DNA of 64,000 nucleotides from Anthoceros angustus (lineage: Eukaryota; Plantae; Anthocerotophyta): contig MU008156.1 in assembly GCA_010909165.1 (NCBI GenBank), positions 558,001 to 622,000 of the forward strand. The letters run 5' to 3'. Shown in pieces: positions 25,630-35,726 of this stretch (position 1 is its first letter; each line of letters opens with the position of its first letter). The notes beneath the pieces were generated by a model. The model worked only from the letters and a program-made list of their open reading frames with translations, was not told where the DNA came from and made no database searches. The position numbers and the translations under genes are program-made.

Positions 25630-26191
25630 GTCCCCAACGTGGAGTATCGCCCTGAGCAAAACGGCGGAGCTATGGCAACGGTGAGGGTCCTACCGGTCCT
25701 CGTGGCCTTACGACATTGCGCTGTTCAAGGTCGACGTGTGAACGTGCTAGGACCACATCGTCGCCGAGAATCGTGTTTGCAAGAAGTTGGTCGCAATGGT
25801 CAACAGGTTGGGGTACAATGCACATTTTGATCCTAACGACTTCACGGTTTCCAACATTGTGCTGGATGCTGAAGTACTTAAAGATAAATATAGATACGCA
25901 ATCGATTTGGTAGAGATTCACGCAACCCTAGCTGAAGATATGAGCCGGCTCAGGCTGAAACAATTGCACCTCGACATACCAGCATTGAGAGGGTTCAGTG
26001 GGTTGATAGCGAAGTTCGAAGACAGCAACTTGGCCGTCACTATGTTCCATTCAGGACACCTCCACACCTCTAGAGGAAGGACTATTGCACCGTCGTACGA
26101 AGTTTTTGAACAGCGATATCCCATCCTATTGGCACACCAAATGAAAAGAACGGTAACCAACTCCGCGTCAGGGACGGTAATAGTAGTTTGA
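25630..26191 (+). pseudogene. Highly diverged, intronless TATA-binding-protein (TBP)-like sequence, 5'-truncated and frameshifted
   Basis: PNVEYRPE..IALFK/GRRVNVLG../VCKKLVAMVNRLGYNAHF..DFTVSNIV..IDL..FSGLIAKFEDSNLAVTMFHSGHL..YEVFEQRYPIL follows the TBP core NAEYNP..ALIFSSGKMVCTG..ARKYARIIQKLGF.AKF.DFKIQNIV..IRL..FPGLIYRM..VLLIFVSGK..YEAFENIYPIL. Confidence 0.82.
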
Positions 26192-26235
26192 GGTCGTAAG
26201 AGAAAGCGGTCATAGTAGCGAACTACTTTCATGAG

Positions 26236-26497
26236 TGTTGCTTAGCTGTCACAATTTATACACATTACCAAAAAAAAGTATATGTTGTTCTAGTATGTAC
26301 TCCTATGTCCTTTTCCTTGTGGCGGTGCATAGTTGTCAAAAGTTTATTTTACTCACATTCTTAATCGTGAGAAGTTTGCGTTACTCACATACTTAATTGT
26401 CAGAAGTGCGTTGCTCGCCAATGTACTTGCTTGAGTGCTCCTCGTCCTTGTGGTTGTGCTTAGTTGTCACAAGTTTACACTACTCACATGCTTAATT
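26236..26497. repeat. Continuation of the ~65-bp repeat family after the TBP-like insert
   Basis: gtccttgtggttgtgcttagttgtcacaagtttac and related units match 20835-21690. Confidence 0.88.
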
Positions 26498-27250
26498 GTA
26501 TCATGCCGTGTGACATTAATCTCTGCACTTGGGTTTAGTGTTTGATTAGCATTAATTGATCTAATTACTTATCTTTAAGTAAGTTATTAATAATTAATTA
26601 ATCTAAAGTGCTTATGTTAATTAAGCGTTGTATAGTGTTAATTAAAAATGGTTAGCAATAGCTAAGTTGGTAAGCACAAATAATATGCTTTAGCATATTC
26701 CTTGCATATTATAGTGTATTCTTAGGATATTTCCGGCATATGCTAATGCCAATAGGATATCTTAGGAATATGCCGATGCCAAGGGCTAGTATATATAAAC
26801 CCTTTCACAGTGGACAAGCTTAGATCTAAGCTTGTCCTCTAAATATGCAATGCAAGATTGTTGTGAGGAGGCCAAAGCTATCACTCCGAGAGCGATATGT
26901 GAGGAATTTGCTTGTTGTTCTCGTGGCAAGGGGACGAAGAGCCCTGGCAGCTCGAGCATATTCACCTGCTAGGCCTAACAATTTGCAGCGCCACAGGTTT
27001 GCCGCATTTCCTGATGCTTGTTCCATCCATCGCGCGGATTCCGCACGAGCCTTGGAAGCATGCAAAGCCTTCTCTTGGAGAGATGCCCAATCGCCGATTC
27101 GAAAATGTCGGAAAGGGCTTGTAACCTCCCGATGGCCAAAAGCCCCAACCCTGGTACAACGCAAACACCACCGAGGGAGAAGCAGAAGGAGACACCAGGC
27201 CAAGTCATCGTGAGAGTTAAGCATAAGGTGATCCAGAGAAAGACAAAATG
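26497..27250 (+). mobile_element. Possible LTR-like fragment truncating the array
   Basis: Abrupt TG start within a repeat unit, AT-rich U3-like tract, TATATAA at ~26792; no partner LTR, PBS or TSD found. Confidence 0.25.
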
Positions 27251-27551
27251 CTAAGTGGGCATCATTGTGGAGGTGCTTGGGAAGCTTTCAAAAGATGCGA
27301 AGGCAAGGAAAGCAGGTTTACACAGCCGGAGGATGTGATCCTGCTGGTTTCGCAACCATTCCCATGATAAAAGAGGTACCCCTTTGGACACCGGAGCCTG
27401 TACCCCGGAGGTGGTAAGACACACTTGCGCCGCCCAAGGAGTCTGGTTGAAGTCCTTATGCATATGCCCAATGTGGGTTTTTACCTCGTCCACAACAAAG
27501 CTGGGCACATACCGGACGGGGAATGTTCTTGAAGGTCACAAAAGATGTGTA

Positions 27552-27694
27552 GATAGGGAGTATCCTTGAGGTGTCTTCACGGCACATCCTCATCTAGTAA
27601 CCAAAGAAACAAATTTTGTGGCCGGATAGGGAGTGTCCTTGAGGTGTCTTTTGGGTACATCCTCATCTAGTAACCAAAGAAACAAATTTTGTGG
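27552..27694. repeat. 73-bp tandem duplication just downstream of tRNA-Tyr
   Basis: gatagggagt..catcctcatctagtaaccaaagaaacaaattttgtgg at 27552 and 27625. Confidence 0.9.
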
Positions 27695-27758
27695 ACAAAA
27701 CAAAACAACAATGGTAGATCTACCATGGTACATATTATAGTGACAGAAAGTTACTGTT

Positions 27759-27842
27759 TCCGACTTGCCGGATTCGAACCAGCGACCTAAGGATACCTGC
27801 ATACGCTACAGTCCTCCGCTCTACCAACTGAGCTAAAGTCGG
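27759..27842 (-). tRNA. tRNA-Tyr (GTA) with an 11-nt intron (27795-27805)
   Basis: CCGACTTTAGCTCAGTTGGTAGAGCGGAGGACTGTAG[CGTATGCAGGT]ATCCTTAGGTCGCTGGTTCGAATCCGGCAAGTCGGA, typical of plant nuclear tRNA-Tyr. Confidence 0.97.
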
Positions 27843-28224
27843 ATGATACAAACATTGCAAATTTATTTTTAATTATTTGCTTAACAGGGACCATGTGATT
27901 TAATCCCCTTTTATTTCTGTGTCGCGATGATGGCCAACATGCTGCGTACACATACATGTGTCAAGGCCTGCATACATAGATGCATCAAGTTTGGCAGTGT
28001 CTGAAGATGCCAATAGACCGCCGATGTCAAAAGTGCAGTGAGTCACAACAATTAACGATGGCACCGGGGCGCACAATTCTCAGATGTTACACCAGTCACA
28101 ACATTTTCGATCGCATCGCCACAAGGATGGCCCCTACAGCACTCGCAGACTTGGCAAATCCGCAGACATAATTCCGACACCAATGTAGAAGTACAAGAGG
28201 CAAGGGGCCTCACAGCTCAAACCT

Positions 28225-31200
28225 CTAGTCATCAAACAAGGAGCTCCGTGGCTGTTCCGGCCTTGCCTTGTCGTCATGAAGCGACGAGGACGGTCTCAAG
28301 CGTGGGACGCCAACAGCTTCCACATCAGCTCTGCCAATCGTGTTGCTACTCCCAACACTATCAGCACTACCGGCCCTGTCCACGACGGGGGTTTGATTGC
28401 TCTGGCTTCCAAACAATGAAGAGTGCGTCCTTGCAGGACCTTTCTGAAACCTCCCGAACAGCTCATCTTCGTTGTCTTCATCATCATCGCCGAAGAGAAG
28501 GGACGATATGTAAGCGGACCCTATCGTCGATGATCCTACAGCCATCCGTGCCCGTTGCCTTGGCCCCTCCTCCGAAGTTGTTGCTGGCAGCCCGGCAGTC
28601 CTGTCCATCTCCTCATCCAGATTACTTACAGAGAGAGAACTGAGAAGAGGTTGGGGCAAGGAGTTCGTCCTCCTGAAATCCATGTGCGAAGCCCTGTTCG
28701 GTGGTCCTACGATGCTGTCAGGCTTGCCCACCAGGAAGGCATCCTCATCCTCGTCCTCATCATCTCCAAAACCTAGGGGCGTTTTCCCGGAAGTTCCTCG
28801 AGCGAGCCCATTCAAGCTCTGAACTGAGCCTCTTGATGAAGGGCGTCCAAGTTCGTTGAGATCCTGCGATGACATCCCCTGAGCTGCTCGGTGGTCACTG
28901 GAAGTTGCACGTCTCAAAGTGGTACTCCCATCTGAAGACAAAGATGGGCTCAAAGATGCCGCTCTTGCATGGAGTGCTGTACCTGAATAGACATCAACGT
29001 GGTATTACAAACAGTCTGGGGAAAAGTATTAGGAAACATTACGAGATCCATTTGATAGCCAATACATACCTTTGTTTTTGAAATCCTCTTCCTTGCTGGA
29101 ATTATTCCTGTCCAATTCCTTTCGAGGTGATGTTTCAAGATAGCCTGGCCTAGGAGCATTAGTCTTCTTTGCCCTGCAGAAGAAAATGTGAGTGACCTTA
29201 TATGCGGGAACATGCCTGCATTCCTAGACACGAAGTCACAAAGCACAAACTTACCTCGACATATTTGAGGAAGCAGTTTCGCCAATTTCCAGCTGATCGA
29301 GTGAGGGTGCGTGCCGATGTAGACTCTGTTTCTCCTTTCCCCTGCTTGACCATGAGAGTGACTCGTCTTCAGAATCAACAAGCTGCTCCTTTTTGCTGAC
29401 GGTCAAAAGAGCTGCTGAATTGTACTGCACGGAAGGCAGTTCATCACGCTCCGAGACCACTTGGCCATCCGTTGACAACACCCTCATGTCCTCCAAATCA
29501 CCTGCGGCACCCAACCCTTCGGATACACTTAGCTCATCCTGATCCTTTAGAGCAGGCGTTGTCTCATCACTTTCATCAAATAATCCCCGGCCTGCACCAA
29601 TTTTGCTCCAAGACCTGAAACTCTTGCTCCGGTTGGTAATGGTGGACCTCTGTTTGATGAGCTGAGAAATGTAGCTGTCGTCCTCATCTTCATCCTCATC
29701 AAATAGACCCCCGCGAAGCTCTTGCTTGACGGCGGGGTTAGGCAACACAGATGCTGTCTTTTTGAATCTCCCAGCAGTGTAAGAGATGGCAGGTGGTAGG
29801 TTGTTGGTTGTCAAGGCAGTTGGTTGCACCTGGGCTGAGACCTCTCTCCTTGGTAAAGAGTCATGAAGCGAGCCCTTTATGTATGAGAACTTGCCAGAAA
29901 AGCTACCAGGTTTTTGTAACTGGTGGCCATGTCCGAAGAGCTCGTCTGGTACTGTGGGTCCTGTGCTACTCCCACGCACGTCTGTCTGCTCCACTGACTC
30001 TGAAGAATCTGGTACAGAACCTGGAGAAACTCCTGGCAAGGAAATTGGAGGAGGATCCGCTACCTTAGGTTGACCAGTGGATTGAGCCTCCGGGTTCCTA
30101 CCAGCATGTGGAATTGGAATAGGCTCTTTTTCATCTCCCAAGGTGGCGTTTTCCATCATGCCACTAGCAGCGAACTCAAATTCAGAATCACTCCTAGCAC
30201 CTTCAGCATCCTGTGGTGTCTGCAAGAAAACGTGCTATGTTCAGAGTCCAGTCCCCAGAAGCTATCACCAAGTCAACCATATCGTAATATCTTAAAGGCT
30301 TCTCTGTCTGACGGCACAGTCCCAAAGACCTCTAACCACTAAACAACGAGAACCTAAACCAGATTGATGATCAAGGTTCATTCAACGATACCGCAACTAA
30401 TTACATTATCTTCCTGGTAGAGGAAGATCTGTAGCGTCACGAGCAGGGTCAACAATGAGGCTTGAGAGACATGAACAAAAGAAAACACACATGGTCTAAC
30501 AAGGGGCTTAACCTCATTTACTTGATGTTGGTCCCAAGACTGTGCACCTTCTTCTTGCAATGGCCGGAAGCCTACTGGATGGGCGAGCATATCCTCTTCC
30601 CAAGTTGCAGCAACTGATTGGTCATCTTCCTCAATCTTATACTCCCTGTTCTCAAACATGTTCCTGCCAACAATCTTCATTCAAGACAGTTTCAAGACGC
30701 CTTTACAACAGGCACCCACGGAAAGGTACCGAACGACTGACAAACTTCAACAGCCACCTTTCAGGAAAGTGATACTTGCATGCAAATAAACTCCCACAGG
30801 ATGTTGGAAACGACTAATGGACCTGTAAATTCTCAAGGTGTATGCAGACAGTATATGCAGACAAACCCAGGCAAAGCAGATAAAACACACACCTATCAGA
30901 GTTCTGAGATATCTTGGAACCGCCAGAATCCGAAGGCACATTGCCGACCTCGCCGAAAAAATTGGGAGACCCACCAACATCTGGGACAGAGCCGTCTCCA
31001 TCTGCAAACAGAAGGCCAGAGTAAAACACACCACCAGCAGTCAATTAAGAGTGCTGCCAATCTGATCATGCAGTACCACATTATCTCTGTGGAAGGCAAA
31101 ACTCACAGAACAGAGAGGGACCGCGAAGAGCAGCCTCAAGCATAGCTTTGAAGTCAAGGGCAGCTGATACAGCTGGTTCCAACCCTTCTGCCTGCATTCA

Positions 31201-32405
31201 CATCCACTGTTTTCTATAGCAACATGCCTTGTTTCCATGCATGTGCCGATGTCGAATTTCAAATTACACCCGACAGTATACCTGGACTTCGGAGAAATCT
31301 GACCACTCTCCGTCAGGCATGTCTGCAGCCATGTCTCCAGTCAAATCTGCCTCATCGATCTCAATGTCACTTCCCGCCGCAGAGATGGGCTCAAAGGGCT
31401 TATGCTTCCGTAGTTCTGGATTCAGAATGCACAGTTAAATCCTTAAGACAGTAACTAGGAGTTTCCAGGTCTGTTCTGCAACTAACCAAGGAAAGAACTG
31501 CATGGTAAGCTGCAACACAAAAAAATGCTGGTTGGAATGAAAAACACCTGCTAGGCCACAGTTCACATCCTTCAAGAACTCGTCTGTTCCAATGATAAAA
31601 GGAAGAGGACGACGCGCCTGAATAGCATCGTAAGACACAGATTTCAGCCGTTTGGAAGAAAAGGCTTTGTGCCTGAGCACGCAGTAAGCATAAACACTTC
31701 GGAGGCAACAACTGGTACAATGAAATTAACATACAAAAACGACCTTTCCAGCAATGACTTTGTCAACTTCTGTCGAAATTGAATGCCTGCTGTCCAGCTT
31801 CTGATCCTTGAAAACTCCCCATGCAGTTAACACTGCTTCCTTGTAACGAGGCACAATGCCACCTTCATAGCCGTCTGCTACTGTTTCGGCTTCCTTCTGG
31901 GCCGCTGGCGCCAGCACATGTTCTGAGGTCTCATCCTCCTCATACACACGCTGTAAAAAAGCATCCACAGTGAGAACCTACTCCTTTTCATGCCCCGGAA
32001 TCACCAAGCTTGAACTCTCTGGTACTCACGTTCTCAATGAATTGGGAGTTCGAAAGTCCTCGAAGGAAATTAAGCGTGTTGTGCAGATCCTGCTCTACAG
32101 ACGTAGTTTCCTCCACCAGTTCGTGGAGTCGCTCCGCAACACTGTCGGTCCTCCGTTCTAACCCATGGGAGAAGCCTTGGAGCCACTCCTGCAGCTGCAA
32201 CCGATAAATGCAGCCCCCGTCAGCACCCAGACCCGATGGATCCCCGCGTATCCGAAAGAATCAAACAATGCGAGCCACACCCGCAGATCCCAACAACCCT
32301 AGCGACTTCTACCACCGCCCATCACAGCACCTGAATATCAGACTGGAGGGTCCACTCCGACGCTGCTGCCTCCGAGAAGATGGCCTTCAGCGACTCCCGC
32401 TCCAT
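28225..32405 (-). CDS. WASHC2: WASH complex subunit 2 (FAM21) homologue, multi-exon
   Basis: MERESLKAIFSEAAASEWTLQSDIQ|LQLQEWLQGFSHGLERRT..LHNTLNFLRGLSNSQFIEN|RVYEEDE and RPLPFIIGTDEFL match the FAM21 head domain; disordered tail with LF-acidic motifs (GGLFDEDEDED, GLFDESDE, LLFGDDDEDNEDELFG, SSLFDD*). Confidence 0.88.
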
Positions 32406-33024
32406 GTCAACCCTGATTCTTTCCCGACCAAACTTCCCGGTGCTAGAAGCATCGTACGCTGGAGATTACACACACATCCGCTCTCTCAGACCATCCTTCG
32501 CAAATGGGCGTCCCTGTTGCGTCCAATCAGGCCTCTGCTCACATTCGCCCCGGGATCCAGGCCCACCAGCTTAGAGCCCCTCTGAATTCTCCCAATTACA
32601 CCAAGGACCCAACTTTCCAGATCTGGCTGATCAAGCCTTCCCTCAACTGCCCACTTGCCATGCGATCCCACATCCTTCCACGTCCGCTCCAGGCTTCACG
32701 ATCCGCTTCACGCTCTAGGCTTCACGATCTCAATTTCATGGGAACTGAGATTGTACGGCACCAGCTGCAGGGCCCGACGGATCTGTGTTGCGTATCGGAG
32801 GGAGAGCCAGCTGCCGACATTCCGGCCTCTAGTAGCTGGGCCCCCCGAGTCCCAAGGTGGAAGACACATCATAATACCACTACGAACGAACGGCCAGCTG
32901 ACAGCACGGTGGGGACCTTTCCGATTGCAGGTGCTTCTTCTCTTCAGGCAAATTACATATTATCACTTAAGGCTTCTCCACCCAACACTGGCAGTGGCCG
33001 ATACATATATATCACCTAGTCTAC

Positions 33025-34679
33025 CTAAAGCACAAGGCTGGGCTCCTCTGGTGTCACAGTGAAGACCTGGACGTCATGCATGTTCCGGCTTCGGACGGCA
33101 TACTGGAATGCCCAGTTATTGCAAGCACCCGCATGGCTGCCTGTGCGGTTCACGGCGAAGACAGCACCAGTGAAAGCAGGGAACTTGGTTCTGATTCTGG
33201 CAATGGCGTCTTGGGCGGCAGCCTTGGGGCTCATGCCCTGCCTCATGCTTTCCACAACCTGGTAACTGCAAAGGATGGGGAAAGTGATGAGTCTTGTTTC
33301 TGACGTCGGGCTGAGAGCTCCAGATTCATTCATGAGCGACTTGCAATGGCAGCAAGGCTTACCAGGCCAGGAACCGCATCATGATGTCCCCATCTCCAGT
33401 AGCACCACAAGCACCCACGTCGCTGTCGGCATAGGCCCCTGCTCCTATTATGGGTCCATCCCCGACCCTGCACAACCCGAGCATCACTGACGCTGATGAT
33501 GGGAAATGGCTGTTCAGAATGAAAGGATGAGGAACTCAATTCCAGCTGGTCCCACCTTCCAGGTATCTTGAACGTGGCGCCGTTGGTCGACGTTGCCACC
33601 GCGATCTTCCCATACTGTCATAACAGCAGCAGCAGGTGACATCACATTCTTGGACGCAGCTGGTTATTGCCGACAGGACACTGTGGTTGAGATTCATACT
33701 GCATCAATGGCTGCCATGGAGATAGTGTCATGATTTTGGCGATCAATTCCTCTGCGGTCTTCAACATCGCAATTGGGAAACATGCCTGCTTGCACATCGA
33801 GGTTGACCTTGTATGGCCCGCAGGACTTGTGGCTATCAGGGTACACATTGCGCCAAAAATTCGGCTGGCAGGAAGACGCAGTCCAAGCAGACCACTTGAG
33901 GAGCGAATCTGCAGTGCTCAGGTTATCAGGGCCTTGTACTCCCATGGACAGGGCGAAAGCCGACGCCTGGTCACCAACCAGAAGAGTATGCTCTGTATGT
34001 TCCAGCACAAGCTTGGCCGCCCTGGCTGCAGTCTTCACAAAGCGAAGCGCTGCAACTGCTCCGGCATCCATTGTAGTCTGGGAGTATCCTTACCACAAGA
34101 TCTGGCATTCGGTCAGCAAATCAAGCAACCTCACGATTGTAACTCCAGATCGCATCTCAACTCAAAGCTCAGAAATCTTCTCTGTTACCCCATCCAAGAC
34201 CATGGCATCCAACGTTGTCTCCCCATTCTCATCAGGACTTCCGCCATATCCGACTGCGCATGCACATACAAACCGAGGGAGATATATGAAACATCCTTCC
34301 TGCGAATCACTGTCTCGAGACACGGACAAAGACACCATCCCAGCACCTGAGCCATCACACTGAAGATACTCGCAAGTCGAGCATCCCTCCACAACTGCGT
34401 CCACAGCCGACTCTCCTGTCTCAATCACCTTCCATGCCGCACGCACTGCTTCCAGGAACGGCCAAGTGCTAATGACGAGGGGCACATCATGCTCAGCCTG
34501 ACAGAGCAGGAAGACCTGCACCAGTCCCCCATCGCCCACTCAGTGCTTGGACCTAATTCCATGTCCCCAAAATCAATAACGAGGAAGGAAGACCGTGCCT
34601 GCCGGGAGCTCACGCAGATCACCAACACTGCACATAAGCAGTGAATGAAACTGGAGAGGATGCCATTGCTGGTGCTCAT
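33025..34679 (-). CDS. AGA: Aspartylglucosaminidase / isoaspartyl peptidase-L-asparaginase family Ntn hydrolase
   Basis: Signal peptide, VISTWPF, QCDGS|[35 protein letters not shown] autocleavage site, [13 protein letters not shown]|[13 protein letters not shown]. Confidence 0.94.
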
Positions 34680-34682
34680 GCT

Positions 34683-34883
34683 TCACTTTTCTTCCGAAGA
34701 ATTGTCCCTCACACACAAGCCACATTCTATCGGGCCATTTATGTTGATGTCCTGTAGCTCGGAAGAGACATGGGCAAGCAAGTTCCCCAGAGTCCAAGCA
34801 ATGCCAAGTGTCCCAACCAGAACGATGGTCGCCTGGAATAGCAGAATTCCAGCCAGCACCCGCTTCAAAATGCGACAATGCAT
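34683..34883 (-). other. Possible upstream ORF (66 aa, one hydrophobic helix) ending 3 nt before the AGA start
   Basis: ATG..VLAGILLFQATIVLVGTLGIAWTLGNLLAHV..EEK TGA AGC ATG. Confidence 0.25.
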
Positions 34884-35726
34884 TGGCTACAGCATCGTTG
34901 CAAACGCCTTGCTTCACACGTGCTGGAAACAACAAGAGCTCGCGAGGTGAGAGCCGAACAGCCTCCCGTGCAATCCAGGCACACACTGGTGGCGGGCGTG
35001 GCCCCGTCGTCAGCCGAGCCTGTGGGCCAGGTTCGGAACCACAAGAACTTGCCGAGCCTGGTCCCGCCAGTGCCCTAACCTAGACCTTATTTCTTTAGTC
35101 ATAACAGCCACCACATTATGACCCTGTTTCTTGAATCCGCTGCGCTCCAGCCCTCACTGCTGTTCGCGCGCGCTTTCGCCGCCTCTTGCCCTCGCATCCT
35201 CGCCTGTGCCGCCTCCGGCCCTGGCTTGTGCCGGGTTTGCGCTGTGAGGTACGTGAAGCCCTGCTTCCCTCTCTGGGTTCTGCTCTCTCGATTGGCGTCT
35301 TGGAACGGGTTTCTGTGCGGCTTTGAGGCAGCAATTGACGGGGGTTGGGCCGGTTTGCCTCTCTGTGAACGCGTGTTTGGTCAGTTGTGTGGCCTGCGTG
35401 AGTTGCCTGTGGCCCCCCTTCTTCGTCATGAGTCTTAGTATTGGGCTGCTTCTCGCGTGGGGCGACCGTTTGGCCGGCCTGCCTTTTATTTTCTCTTTCG
35501 GCTGCTGCCATTTCCGTCTGTGCATACGGGTTCTGGAGCTGCAATTGGCTCGAATGTGGCCGTGGCAGTCCTGTCGGCGGAATGGTTGAGGTCGTTTTGC
35601 TGTAGTTTGGAACTTGACCTACACGAGATTATTCCGTTCGCTTCGCTCCTGCAGACGCTCTTCGGTTTATGATATTGGGACAACTCGGTTGTAAAATTCG
35701 GCGACTATTTATTCGGTGTTGGAAGG

